This document shows, piece after piece, positions 22,941-36,400 of a stretch of 64,000 nt of DNA. How positions within the stretch are numbered: the stretch's first letter is position 1; every line of letters begins with the position of its first letter. This stretch comes from Moniliella sp. 'wahieum' (taxonomy: Eukaryota): contig RSEE01000046.1 of assembly GCA_003971905.1 (NCBI GenBank), forward strand, positions 186,001 to 250,000, written 5' to 3'. The notes beneath the pieces are model-generated. The model saw only the letters and a list, made by a program, of their open reading frames with translations. It was not told where the DNA came from and ran no database searches. Position numbers and translations under genes: made by a program.

Positions 22941-23864
22941 ATGAGCGAGTCGCTGCAATTCAAGGGCAGCCTCACGGGGCACCAAGGGGGTCACGGCGCT
23001 GGCCACGTCGAGCGAGAACCCTGACTTGCTCGTTTCGTCGTCGCGCGACAAGCATGTGATTGTGTGGAACCTCAAGCGGGGTGAGGACGACTTGGGATAC
23101 CCCAAGAAGATCCTTCACGGCCACAACCACTTCGTCTCGGACGTTGTCCTGTCGTCCGACGGCCAGTTTGCCCTGTCTTCGTCGTGGGACAAGACCCTGC
23201 GTCTGTGGGACCTCAACACCGGCAACACTGTCCACCGCTTTGTCGGCCACCAGGCTGATGTCCTCTCGGTCTCCTTCTCGGCTGACAACCGCCAGATCGT
23301 GTCGGCTTCGCGTGACAAGACGATCAAGCTGTGGAACACGCTTGGTGAGTGCAAGTTCAACCTCACCGACCACGGTCACACGGAGTGGGTGAGCACTGTT
23401 AAGTTCTCCCCAACCCGCAGCTCCCTCATTGTCTCGGGTGGCTGGGACAAGGCTGTCAAGGTGTGGGACCTGTCGCAGATGCGCCTCAAGGCCAACCACT
23501 TTGGTCACTCGGGCTACGTCAACACGGTCACCATCTCCCGATGGCTCGCTTTGCGCGTCCGGCGGAAAGGAGGGCACCGTCATGCTCTGGGAGCTGTCTG
23601 TCGACAAGCACCTCTACTCGCTCGAGGCCGGTGACAATGTCAACGCCCTTGTCTTCTCGCCTAACCGCTACTGGCTCTGCGCTGCCACCTCGTCCTGCAT
23701 TAAGATCTTTGACCTTGAATCGCAGTCCATTGTCGACCCTTGTCCCTGAGATTGAGGGCAACGGCAAGGCTCCCGAGGCGCTCTCGCTCGCCTGGTCGGC
23801 CGACGGCCAGACCCTCTTTGCCGGCTACTCGGACAACGAGATCCGCATCTTCTCTGTCCTCTAA
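22941..23864 (+). CDS. ASC1: RACK1/Asc1/Cpc2/Gib2 WD40 40S-ribosome-associated protein
   Basis: [14 protein letters not shown]...SSSRDK...[32 protein letters not shown]...[12 protein letters not shown]...[12 protein letters not shown]...[18 protein letters not shown]. Several 1-bp frameshifts. Probable 5'UTR intron at 22847-22931. Confidence 0.96.
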
Positions 23865-24220
23865 GTCTGCGCACTATGATCGTTGGGATCGTTGGGGGGT
23901 CCACTTGGGTCCTCCCTTCTGCCCCTTCCCGCTTGGGCGGTCGCACAAAAATGGATGGCTCTGTTGTCCTTGCTATGCCCGTGAAAACTACTCATGGTTT
24001 TTGGTTGCTGTATAGTATAGATTCCAGAGATGTGAATAGTCGTAGATTGGTACGCGAAGCGTGTGCCCAGATGCGACTAGGATGGACGAGGTCGATGCTC
24101 AAATCAATGGGCAGAGACGCCCCGAGCGGAGGTCCGCTAAGGCGGCCCAAAAGAGGGGACGGGATCGAGCAATCATCCAATCACATGTTCTGCGGGTAGT
24201 TGCTAGGTGGGCCGTCAGTA

Positions 24221-24733
24221 TTAGTATTGACCACTGCAATGGTGTAGCAAAGCATACGTACCCGTACTGCCCGGAGAACCCGCCCTGAGTGGCGGGGTAT
24301 TGGAAGCCCTGGGGGTAGGGTTGGGCAAACGCGGTAGGCGGAGAGGCATACGGAACCTGCCCATTGACACGTCAGCAAAGCCCTGTTGTTGGTAGCCGGT
24401 GAAGCCCTGGAGGGCGGGCGCAGGGTAGGGGTTGCCGTACCCTCCGCCGTAACCAAACGAGGGGGGGTGATCACGCGGGCGCGAGTTGGCCATGTTGACA
24501 CGGATCGTACGGCCGTCGAGCTGGGTGTCGTTGAGCGTCTGGATGGCCGCGTCCGCCTCTTCCTGAGTGGTGTAGGTAACGAAACCAAACCCGCGCGACC
24601 GCCCGGTCTCGCGGTCCTTCATCACAATGTAATCCAACAGCGCTCCCTGGGTCGCAAAGGGAGAAAAGGCGTGAGCCAGACCCTCGTCGGTCGTGTTCCA
24701 GCTGAGGTTGCCGACGTAGATTTTGGCCGCCAT
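24221..24733 (-). CDS. Single-RRM glycine-rich RNA-binding protein (GRP/CIRBP-like)
   Basis: RNP2 IYVGNL, RNP1 RGFGFVTY, LDGRTIRVNMA and a Gly/Tyr tail. A probable 5'UTR intron (24871-24734) ends right at the ATG. 3' end uncertain. Confidence 0.88.
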   Translation of the reverse strand: MAAKIYVGNLSWNTTDEGLAHAFSPFATQGALLDYIVMKDRETGRSRGFGFVTYTTQEEADAAIQTLNDTQLDGRTIRVNMANSRPRDHPPSFGYGGGYGNPYPAPALQGFTGYQQQGFADVSMGRFRMPLRLPRLPNPTPRASNTPPLRAGSPGSTGTYALLHHCSGQY

Positions 24734-25357
24734 CTGCGGATCAAGGGGGAGGGACGAGAGCAACCGCCACAGAATCACGCCCGGGCAAGTCAGTACATGC
24801 GCATGCGTTACTGTCTTCAGAGCATCCAGTACGGACACAGCCAGCCAAGGGCAAGGCAGCGGGGGGCTTACGGGGAGAATTGCTGCCGTTCGGGGGTGAC
24901 AGGGGTGGAGGTCGAGGAGCAGGCGGGCCCACTGACGCCACGCTCCAAGCAACGGGGCCAGCTAACGAGGCCCGCGGAATGAAAATCTGATGCGTATGTT
25001 CCGCTGTGACTTTGGACAAGCTTCAGCCTGACCTCAGGCTGCGGGCTTGAATGGCTTGAAGCTTGAAGCTTGAAGCTTGAAGCTTGAGAGAGGCGCTGAG
25101 GCGCTGAGGCTTTTCCAGGCTACCCCGTCTGGCAGGACTAGCTGGACTACTGCCTGGGGTGCATGTGCTAGTGAAGCTAGTGGCTAGGGCTAGCGACTGG
25201 CTGCACTCGGTAGTGACTAGTGACTAGTCTAGTTCGCCTGGGGCCAGAGGACCGAGTGAGGTGACTGACTCCCAGTATACTACAGCAGACGATCGCCCGC
25301 CGGTTGCGTGTCGGTTGATGTGGATCTGAATTACGGGCCGAGGTTAGTTGTCGCGCC

Positions 25358-27355
25358 CTACCCCATCGACCTGGCCGCCGCGGGACCATTAATCATTCGG
25401 CCATCTGGTCCGCTAGCCGCAGATTCAAAAGCCAACGCGCATCGCTCACCAAGAGCGGCGCGACCAACGACGCATACCACGCGCTGACTCGTTCCAGGCG
25501 CTTGCGAAGCCTGGTACAGGCGCGGAGGAAGCGCCGTATACGGTGCATCTTCCATCTTGCCTTGCAGCGCACTCATGTGACGTACCAAGACAGGCACAAA
25601 GTCGGCGAGCGTACGCACGTGCGCCGCGTACGCCTTGGTCGATCCAAGTGCCTGCGACGGCACCGCCCCACGCGCCTCTCGTTCTCGGTGGGTCACCCGC
25701 TCCAGTGTCGCTGTCAGTCGGTGGCTGACTCGTCCCAAACTGCCCAGGGAGGAGACTGGTGCCTCTTCCCCCGTTGGAGACGGAAGAGACGGCTGCGATA
25801 GCTTGCGCCCTGACACAGAGCCTGTGCCTCCCGCCCTGCAAATTCCACTTCGTCCAGGGCCACGAGGAGGGCCTGAGCTCCTTCGGGCCCGGCCCCATCC
25901 AGACCGGGGGCAGCCATGGCCTGCCCTTCTTCTCGCAGTTCCTCGGCAGGCCACAGATCTTCAGCAGCATGCACGACGCGCGTCAGCGCGCGCACCAGCA
26001 CACCCAGGCTCTGTGCCTTGTTCTCCACCCGGGGAAGTCGGGCATGCTCCGCCCCCCCCCAGAGTGGCGCAGTGAGCACGAGGCTCGGTGTCAGGTACAC
26101 CCACCGTTCCTCTGTAGGTGTCTGGGCCAGCCGTTGAACCAAGGAGAAGACGTCCGATCCAGGCAGAGGATCCGCCTTGTACTGTGGCACCTCCTTGGGC
26201 TCCCGTGCTTCAGGCAGAAGCGACAGCGAGGACAAGATCACGTTGCGCGCCTGGTGCGCGCGGCGCGGATCCAACCCAGCCTTTGGGAACGGCACACGGT
26301 TTCCCCCCACCCTTCTAGTCCAGAGAAGGAGGACGAAGGGGACCCGCCGCGCACGCGTCCCCGCGCACGCACTCGTCCTGCTTCCCCCTTGACAATGGAA
26401 GGCGCAGAGGTGCAGCGGCGAATGTCCTTGCCCTCTGTCGGGATGGGAGGCAGCTCTACATCCGGCGGTAGGCTCGGTGGTGGGTTCAGGCTTCCTATCG
26501 GCGCGGGAGCGGCCGACTTGGGTGTGAATGTGGAAATGTCCGAGTGTGCGGTCGGGATGGTAGTGGTTGCTGTCGATAATGAACTCTCCTCTGCCTTCAA
26601 AGTGGCGGCGCTGAGGTCCATCTGGGTCGGTGATTGGCCGCGTCGCCGGCGGGCCAGTGAAAGAAAGGACGTGTCGTCCGAGGAACTGGGAATGGATATC
26701 TGAGAGTGAGTGGGGAGATGGGTTGGTGCAGGTGGTTGTTCGGGGGTGGGTTCCGACTTGAACGTCGCTGCTGTTGATGTTGTTGGTACGGGAGCTGGTG
26801 CAGGTGCGGGGGAGGCGAAAGTGTGTCTCCGCGTGCTGTGAGTAGAGGCGCTGCTCCATTTCTTGGGGCAGATGTAGCCGTAGCCGAGTTTGAATAGGTA
26901 GGTGTAACACGTCGCCAGCGTCATCAGCGTGTTCGTCCTGGTCCTCGTCTTGGTCCTCGTGCATCTCATGCAGAGAGGTGAGGAACCAAATGCGTTCTTG
27001 GTATGTATCGCGAATGCCACGTAACCTGCTGGCCTCAGCTTCAAGCAGAGCCAACTGCTCGCCGTCACGCGGCTCAGAGGCGTGCCGGCGGGCTTGGCGA
27101 ACAATCACTTCTTGAAGGAGACGTACAGCGTCGGCATACGCCTGCACAGCATCCGCCTCATTCGCATTGTCCCGGGCCACGGCGTACTGCGCCTTTGCCA
27201 GCGCAATCTGCAGCACCCGATGCATCGTCAGCGGGCCAGCAGGTAATGGACCGGCTAGGTCAGCCCCGGCACCCAACAAGGCGACCTGGGTATCGGTGAG
27301 AGCTCCCCCTCCTCGACCCCGCCCCGTCTGTGCTGGACCCAGTAGTGGTAGTCAT
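25358..27355 (-). CDS. Fungal MIT-domain protein (frameshifted; ends approximate)
   Basis: VLQIALAKAQYAVARDNAN...AVQAYADAVRLLQEVI...RLRGIRDTYQERI (MIT three-helix pattern), a Ser/Pro linker, and a C-terminal YLTPSL...W...KAQSL block. Confidence 0.65.
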
Positions 27356-27689
27356 GGGGCAAAGACACATTAGGGCCAGCAAGATGGTGTTACTCTTGGA
27401 TTAGATGTGATCTGCTAGGGTTGTCTGTTTTTCTCGCGGCAATCGATTATCTTGATCCACAGCAGGCGCAACCAAGCAGCCATTCGCCAGCCATGGCTGG
27501 GGACCGGTGACCTGTGACCATGTGACCATCGATCGCAGCTCCTCATGGACCAGTGCCACCTACCAACTACGATCCGCACATCCTACCCAGCATTCACCAC
27601 CTCTGCATCATCATCATCATCATCCCTTCTCGATTTTGCAAAGGAAGACAATAGAGCCGAAGCTGGTCGGGGTGCGTGGACAAGCGCGT

Positions 27690-28559
27690 TTACTGTTTCG
27701 CCTGGCGCGGAGGCTGGACCCGCCGCTTCAGGTGAGAGTCGGGCTGGGGACAGAGCAAAGTCAGTATTTGGCCACCTTCCCCACCGCCACCGCCAGCGCC
27801 ACCACCCCAAACACAGAACCCGAGAGTGAACGTACAATCCAGCTTTCGTCGTATCCATCCTGTTGCACCGTTGCAGCCGTCGCCTTGAGCTGCTGTTGCC
27901 GTGCCACCTTGGCGGCCGCCGCATTCTTCTTGGCCTTCTGGGTATGCAGGTAGTACCCAGCGCCTCCCACCAAGGATCCAAGGAGCAGCGCGTAGATAAA
28001 CAACCTGCATGTCATAGTCAGTCGCCCGTCAGTCTGGGTTCTCGTACCACCGAGAAAATACATACACCTGCGGGTCAAGCCAGTTGACCGGTGGCTCGAC
28101 TACGGTCACCTGTCCCCGGTAGACAGGAATCGTGTACAAGCGCGACGTCTGACCGTCCCGCACGCCCAGCCGGAACTCGACATCCAGTGGCTGGGGCTTG
28201 AACTCGGAGAAAAAGTCGAAGGTCTGGTGCGTGGGCTGGCCACCAACAGCACGCAGCGGCTGCGGCTTGGTGAGAGTGTAGGTAGTCATGTTACGCACCA
28301 CCCGGCCACGCTGACCATCAGACTTAGCAGGGTTGAGGAAGGCACCGTGACACTCTCGAGGCTGAGCACACGCTCAGCACCAGGGGGTGGCTGATGGCAA
28401 ACGCCACGCGGTTGGCCGCGCCATTGTGGACGACGTGGGCGTCGTTGTCGGGGAAGGTCGTGGCCACTTGGAGGGTGGGGGTGTCGTCGCCCTGAGCAAG
28501 GGGGGGAGCGACGCGCCCAGCACGCCGAGCACCAGAGACAGAATCGGGGCGAGACGCAT
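27690..28559 (-). CDS. IRC22: Translocon-associated protein alpha (TRAP-alpha/SSR1, IRC22-like)
   Basis: Signal peptide MRLAPILSLVLGVLG, a VHNG motif, FFSEFKP, VTVVEPPVNWLDPQ followed by a TM helix (LFIYALLLGSLVGGAGYY), and YDESWI|PDSH. Two introns (~28005-28065 and ~27745-27835). Confidence 0.8.
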
Positions 28560-29157
28560 GGCAACAGTCGTCGACGGCTGCTAGTGGACCAGGTTCGCTG
28601 GGAGGTGGGGGGGGGGGCATGCTGGGCCGCCGACCAAGAAGGACGAGGAGGGGGCACCGTGAGGCTCACGCGTCAGGTGAAGGGTGTGAAGCGGGTACCT
28701 GACGCGTGAAGCCACGTGGACATTTGCGTCTTACCTCAGCGCACGTGATCATCGAAACGCGCCTGGAACTGGGCTGCTCTTGGCACGCACTGCCCTCGTG
28801 CGTCGTGTGGCGGGGGGGGACACGTGGCGGGGATGCATGCAGCATCCAAGCTCAAGCTTCAGGCCGCCTGGCCAGGCCACCAAGAGAAACGATTTCAGAT
28901 TTGCAGTGGCCATGCGCCAGGGTGGAGGGCTGGCTTTGAAAGTTGAAGCGTCAAGCCTAGCTTAAGTAAGTGATCGCGTGTCGTCCGGGGCTTCATTAAG
29001 TATTTTGCTGGCGGAGGTGCCTCCATCTGGCTGTCCATCCGGCTGCGATGGCCGATGCTGGGCATGCGTCTGCGCCCAGCCGCCCGCGCCCCTCCCCGCG
29101 CCCTCGCCCTCGCCCCCGCCCTCGCCCTCGCCTTCGCCCCCACCATCCAGCGCGCTG

Positions 29158-32108
29158 ATGGACCATGTCGTCTACTATGTCCATGCCGACCTGCCCCCGC
29201 CCACGGCTGCCCAGGTGGGTCTTGGTGCCCCGAGCCCAATTGACGCGCCCGAGCTGACTGCCCTTCTCTCCAGATCCGTTCCCTCATGGCCCGTTCAGGA
29301 GCCCACGAGTGGGCTGCCACGCCGTCCTGGAGGCAGGCATACAAGCATCGACGCCGCGCCTCGGCCCCCAGCCCTGCCCCGCCTCTGCGGCGGTGTTCCC
29401 CCCCGACGCCCCTCCGCCTGGCGGTTTGACCCCGAGTTGGTCACGCATGTCATTGCCTGCTCCACCAACTTGCCCGAGTACGACGCCTGCCTCCATCCTG
29501 CTACTGACGGCATTGCCGATGACGCCGCTGCTCGCCGTGCCATCGTGGTTAGTGTATGTCCCCCCCCTAGCCCTCGTCACCCACGTGGCCCTGACCCCCC
29601 CCCCCCTCGCTCTCTAGCCCCAATGGGTCCTTCGATCGGTTCATGTAGGTACACGCCAGGACGAGCGCTACTTTTCTCCGGACGCAGCTATGATTTTAGT
29701 GTGTGTGTTCGTCGCGCCGTCACGGCTGTCTGTGGCCGAGGCCGAGCTGATCCTGTCTGCCGTCACATCCTTAGGCGGGCACTTTCGCCTCAACCTGACC
29801 AAGGAGGTGACCCATGTCATCACCCCCGTTGAGGATTCGCCCAACTGCACGCCCTCCGCGCGCCGGAACATCGTCACCTCGGCATCGTGGCTGTCCACCC
29901 CGCTTGGGTCAACGAGTGCATTCGCCTGAATATGCGCGTCAACTGCAACCCTTTTGCTTGGCCCTTGACTCATATGGGCCAGCCTGCCTATCTCCAGTTT
30001 GGAGCACACGCCGCTGAGAAAGGCGGAAGACCTAAGTTGCCTTAGCATGCACATTTCCCCAGATGATGTGGCCCAAGAGCAGGAAGTACACCCTCCCCTT
30101 GTCCTCAAGCGCGACATCAACGAACTTTTCAGCCACGCCCCCGACGATCGACGCCGCACCCGTTTCTATCAATTCCGGGACGCGTTCAAGGGTCTCAAAA
30201 TTCTCTTTGTGCCAGAAAAGACGGTATCCAACGAGATGGTTGAAACACTCTCGTACAACGTCAAGGACCATGGCGGGGTCTGGATCCCCCTCCCCTCGCA
30301 ACAGAACAGCCTTCCGCATGCCGTCGCACGTGCGGATGTGGTAGTTGTGGCGCATCGCGACACTCCTGCGGCCTACTGGGCACTGTACCTGCACAAGCGC
30401 GTAGCTACCCTAGCCTGGCTCTGGGGGTCGCCACCTCGGGCCGGATCGAGGAGCCCAGCGAACGGTTGCTCCATTTCCCTCCACTCAAAAGGCCATTCGT
30501 CACTTTGAACATTACACTGTCAGCCTCAGCAACTACACGGGCGCGACACGTAGCTACCTCAAACTCCTCATCGAACATACTGGTGCCACCTGGACCCCGA
30601 TATGACCGCTAAGAATACCCATTTGATCGCTGCCCTGCCAAGGGCGACAAGGTGGCGCAGGCGCAGAGGTGGCAAGTGACGGGTCAACCATCTATGGCTG
30701 GAAGCCTGTTATGCACAGTGGGACAACGTCCCGCCTCCAGGACCCAGTCTACACTGACCTTTCTTCCATCGTGCCCTGGAGAGCGGATGGGACACACACG
30801 CGTCCACCCGAAACGCTGGCCGCTTGCAGAGCAGAGCAAAAATTGGGTCCTTGCGCTGTCCCAGGAAGAGGGCTATACCTTCCTGCCGGCTTGAGACGTC
30901 CCTGCCACCTGCACCGGAACCGGTCTTGATCGCACACCCTCCCCGCCCTCTACCTGCAACACAGCTGTTCGCCAGCCCCGTCGTTCTCCCCGCTTGCTCG
31001 ACCTGCCCCTGCCCCTGCTCCGGCTTCCCAGCCACCCACACTTCCCTCCAACCCTGCCCGCACCCCCGATCCCCGCACCACCCCTGCTGTCCCTCTGGAT
31101 CTCACGTCCAGACCAAAACCGCCTGCGTCAGACGTTGTCCCCACCCTCTCTGCACCGTCGATTCCTCCTCCCCAACCCGCTCCCACTGCCTCCTCACGGC
31201 CCAGCCGGCCCCCCAAGCCCCCCAAGCCCAACCCCGGTCCGAATCCTCTTTACCTGCACCCGCTGCGCTCCCCCCCTCGCACCCGCCCGCACCGGTAACG
31301 CCAAAGGAAACGACGACGGCCGCCCTCTAGCCCTCCGCCCCTCTCCTCCTCCTCTTCCTCCTCCTCCGCTGCCGTCTCTGCCCCAACCCCCTGCCCCAGC
31401 TGCCTTCTCCCGCTACCACGTCCGTGCCTGCGGGGAGAAGGAACGCGGCAAACGCAAACGGGCACGGCACCGCATTTCGACCGATCGTTCTACAGGCTCT
31501 TCCCGCTTCCCGCGCGTTGTACGCCACCACAGGCTCGAGCTGAGTTGGCGACAAGAAAAGCAGCTCCGACGAGCGGGGTGGGACCACTACTCAGCTGGAC
31601 CAAGCACAGGTCGTCCTAGCCCGCACGCTTACTCGGACAGAAAAGATGTTGGGCGCAGTGGGACGCGGTGTGCCGGTGTAGGTCTCACGTGGATCTCTGC
31701 GCCTCACTCTCCCTGGGACCATATCCTCTCTGACCCGTCGGCTGAGCGTGCTCGTCACGTTCATTTGCGCACTAGCTTGGCACGTCGACAGCGCCATGGT
31801 CCCCTGCTAAAAGGGCACACGTTTATTTTCACAATGCACGTGAGGCCGGCTGTAGCGGTGCTCCGTGCCGTGGTCCAAGCTGCTGGTGGGTCGGTGCAGA
31901 CTTGCTCCCCCGCCGCGATGGAGTTGGTGCGTACCACACCGGATACTGTGCACCTCGTCTCTGGCTCGGAGGACCGCGCGGTATGGAGCGCTTGGTCGGC
32001 GTGCGCGATCCAAACGGACAACAGCTGCCCGTATGGAATGCCGAGCTCATCTTGGATGGCGTCCTGAGGCAGCAGATGCGCTGGGAACGCAATCGTCTCC
32101 TAGGGTAA
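29158..32108 (+). CDS. Multi-BRCT DNA-damage scaffold, Rtt107/Brc1-like
   Basis: VTHVI motifs, VATLAWLW, VSLSNYTGATRSYLKLLIEHTGATW...NTHLIAA, NHLWLEACYAQW, and a C-terminal BRCT pair LLKGHTF...VVQAAGG...NAELILDGVLRQ. Many frameshifts. Confidence 0.78.
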
Positions 32109-32128
32109 GTAAGGGGTAACTAGGAGTA

Positions 32129-32185
32129 ACTACTACTTGCTACTACTTGCTACTACTTGCTACTACTTGCTACTAGCTGCTACTA
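32129..32185. repeat. (TACTACTTGC)n decamer tandem repeat downstream of the BRCT gene
   Basis: About 4-5 visible units. Confidence 0.9.
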
Positions 32186-33436
32186 CCTCCCCACACCTTC
32201 AAGCGCCATATGATCGACATGCGATCGACAGTGAAGCTTGAAGCTTGACGCATCCATTTCAGTCTCGGGTATCTTTCCGATGTATGATGTGTGGTGTATG
32301 ATGTGTGTGTATGTATGGGGCGTGAGCGCGTGAGGGACGCTGGGGACATGGGACGAGAGAACGGACGAGGGCATGCTCGCGGAGCCAAAAAGTGGATCAG
32401 AGCTGTATGCATACGTGGAGAATGAAATGAGGTTCATAGGATTGATGCGTTCCAGGGGTCCTACGCTCAACGAGGAGCCATGATGAGCAACGAGGAACGA
32501 GGAACGCTGAACGGGCCATGAACATACGTATACGTATACGCCTAGTACACCGCCAGGAACGAGCCAACCAGGGGGAACAGGTTGCATCCAGGCCGAGGCA
32601 CGAGGCACGAGACGGATCCGGGGAAAAGAGGAACCTTAGAAGAGGAACGGGTGGGGGGGGGGGGGGACCTCGCGCGGCAAATAACAGCTACCCGGTACAG
32701 GGGTGGGGAACACAGTGACTAGTGACTATAGTGACTAGTAATGGACGAATGGTCCACAGGACGAGCGGGGGACCAGGAGACAGGCAAGCAATAAAGTGGG
32801 TGTGGGACAAGGACCAGCAGGAGGGTTCAATGGGATGGACAAAATGGAACTTGGTGCCCAGCGCCAAGTGTGAGAAAAGGGTATGGAAAAGTGTGAGGGA
32901 GAACATCGCACAAGAAAGACAGGGTAGGAAGGTATAGTATAGGGGAACGATCAGGATGGGATATGAGATATGGGATATGGGTGAGGGTGCGGGTGGTGAA
33001 CTTAACCCCCTTGGACGCATAACGCAAAATGCATACGCATCGAACTCAGGGCGGGGAGGGATAGCAAAAGGCGCGGACGATCGGATGAAAGGAAAGCGAA
33101 CCTGTCGTACGCGAACGGGACGAGTGGGATGGGACGCGGGCGGGCGGGAGGAGGAGGGAGGAGGGGCGACGACGGTTTGATGGCCCTGCTACCCAGAAAA
33201 AGGGTTCAAGAGAGTCAAAACGGACTTGAAGAAGGGAGTAGGTTGGTCATGGTGTGGGGGGTTGAACGTTGAGTACGTTGAACGTTGGTCCCGGGATCAT
33301 GCATAGCACTAGCATAACACGAAGGACGATCGAAAACCCCGGACTGGTCAAGGTGCGGGAAACGAAATCAGGATGAATGTATGTGGCCAATAAGGACGAT
33401 CGAGGGTCGATGAAAGGAACCAAAGCGTCAGTTCCT

Positions 33437-36400
33437 AGTTACCGCTGCCCAGCCTGAACCGGTAGGGGATGCAACACGATCCGACCGGGCGAACACTTAT
33501 CCCGCATCACATGGAAGGGAACATAGACTTGGTAGAGTCAGGGGAGAGGAACTGTTGTCGAAGTGGGGGCAGTTTGCGCGCGGCCACGTCCGCCTTAGGG
33601 TCCAGCACTGCAGCTAAGATCGATCGCGTTTCCGTTGACGAAGCATGTGGACCAGCACACCGTACAATCAGATCGTGTAACGCTTCGGCCGTGCCTTCCA
33701 GCTCCAAATGCAGTTCCCCGTCCCACCCCGCGTCGAACGAGGCGATCACCTGGGCAAGGTGCGCAGCAGGCGTGCCCTTGACGGGTTCCTTGACGCGTTC
33801 CTTGACGCGTTCCTTGACGGGTTGCTTGGCTGGTTCCTTGACGGGTTGGGGCGGGGGGACCGAAGCTTGCGCATGCGCCATCCACTTGTGCAACGCGTAC
33901 CGCGGACCTTGCAGGAGCGATTGCGATAGTTGCAGGCTGGCTATCAGTTCCTCCCGGAACGGAAGTAAGTCGAGAAACACTACGGGACGTAACGCCGTCG
34001 AGGGCTGAATCACATTGTGGTACCATCCCGGCGGTAGGGTCATCGCATTCAGCCACGAGGGCAGATGCCCCCATAGATCGTACGTGAACGATAAGTCGCT
34101 GTATGTCTTGTCAGCAACGCGCATATCCCCCTATTCCTTTAAGAAGCCGCAAGACGCAAGAAGCAAGAAGCAAGAAGTATAACAAAAAGAAGAGAAAAAC
34201 GTACCGAATAAAGGTACCGTCGTAAATTGACTTGCCCTCGTTACGCTCCGTGCCAACAGCCACATCCCACACCACGTCTCCCGCGGCCATCAGGTGATCC
34301 GCCTTGGCGTGCCCTCGGACCCCGGAGCGAGACAGCTCTCCTTCCGCCAAAGCCAAGTCCTCATCTTCCAGCCACCCAGCCGAATTGGCCACGGGGACCC
34401 AGACCCGCCACACAGGTGCCCGCCCAGGCCGCCAGGGCACACGCACAGTCAAGGCTTCCTCCGCTGCGACCTTGCGCAGAGCCTGTGGGCGCGACAGTCC
34501 CAGTTGTTGCCACGCCCACACTGAGCGCTCCGACACACCTTCCAACACGGAGGGGACGCATGGTTGTCCAACGGCCCGTGTCGCAGAATGGGCAGGAGCG
34601 GACCTAACGTCGTGCCCTGCACTTGGTCCAACACCCGAGCCCGCGCCGGCTCGCGCGGACTCGGGTCGTAGTTCGCTTGCGCTCGGAGACGAGCTAGCGC
34701 ACGGTTATGTGCCCGAGTGGTGCAGCGAGCAAAGCGCGGCCAACGGCGGTCCACCCCACCCTTTTTCACCGCCGCAGCAAGAGCAAGGTACTCGTACCGC
34801 ACCTCATTGGCAAGGGAATAGTTCATCACATCCAGCGCCGTCAGCTCCACTGGTTCCTCGCCCAACCGAGGCACAACGCCACACTGCCCGGCCCACCCGC
34901 CGCCGCAGCATCCAGCGCAGCTAGTTGCCCAGCCCAGGTTTGGTACCCGATCGAACCAAGGAATCGATGCAACACCAATTCCGCACCCAGGGCAGATGAT
35001 AAGGTATCCCGGATCGCACGACACGTCATCCCCAGTTCCACTACATCGTCAATATCGAGGTAGTGCAGGAGCGTCGCCAAGATCACCGGAGACGCGGCGG
35101 AGACCACAGCAGCCAAGCCCCGGGCGTAGGTCCGCTTTTCTCTCTCTCCGACGGGGCCGACGACTGCTAGCGGCCGGCAAGGGCGAATGTGTGGTCTCAT
35201 CAGGGGCAACAAATGACTCTTCCTCTCCCTCTTCCTCTCCCTCTTCCTCTTCCTGTGACGGAGGCAAGTGTTGCATGCCCGTGTTACTGTGTGCGTAGCG
35301 AAGGATAGTGTGGGAAAGAATAGGCACCACTTGGCCCAAGCGCTGGATCGTCGGGTCCACCTCCGGAACGGGGGTGGGAGCACGAGGAGGCGGCTGCTGC
35401 TGTTGTTGTTGTGCGTCCTCGTTTTTCTCATTTGCATTTTCTCCCGACTCCTTCTCGTCCAGTTTGGTTGCCCCCTCTTGTGATCCGTCAAAGCGCTCTG
35501 AAGTTTCAGTGGACTCGGACGAAGATTTGACCGCAGGCGGGGCGCCCTTGCTTTCCTCCTGAACTGACACTGTAGTGTTGGCCGAGGTAAGGGAGCTGCT
35601 GCTGCTCGGGTTGGACAGCGGCGAGACGCTCCTGGTACCCGACGGGGAGGTCACCGTCGCTGCAGCATATTTGGAGCGGGCTGAAGGAACACTATTGTTG
35701 TTGTTGTTGTTGCTATTGTTGTTGTTGCTACTGTTGTTACTGGTGATGGAGTGGAGCGCGATCGGGGTCGGGGGTGCATGCGAGAGGGCGCGCGCACCAG
35801 GGTGGGGGGCACGTACATGTGCGCCGCAGAGTAAGAGGCGTCCTTCCCCGATCTTACAGTGGGAGAGACAGAGACGGAACCTAAGCTTTGGCCAGGTCGG
35901 TGCAGTGGCGAAGCCAAAGCCAATGCTGACGCCGAGACGGGGGGTACGGGTTGCGGGGCGGGGTACGGGGCAGGGCCAGGCCTAGACCGGTAGTCCGAGT
36001 CGTGGAAACAGGGGTGAATGCATCGAATGCATCGTGCGACGGTCTATCAGGCGCAGCCGTGGCGATGACAGGGGATGAGGCCGGGGCAGGGCATTCGTCT
36101 TGCGCCGTCGGTGGAAGAGTTTACCCAGACGGCTTGTGGAGCTCCTGGGGCCATTGCCGCCAGCGGAGAGGCTGGTTTGGGAGTGGGAGAGGTGGCGGCT
36201 CACCCCAGGGCTGCGTGCGGCAGCAGCCGCAGCCGAGGGCAGCTGGTCGGAGGCAGTGAGGGAGTGAGTGGGGGCATGTGGGGTGGGGGGATGGGCTCGC
36301 TTGCTCGTGGCAGGCGCGATTGGGGTAGCATGGGAGCGGTCCAACACGATTGCCAGTGTGGATGTGCCAGTGGAGGGAAAGATTGGATGAGCGCCGAGGG

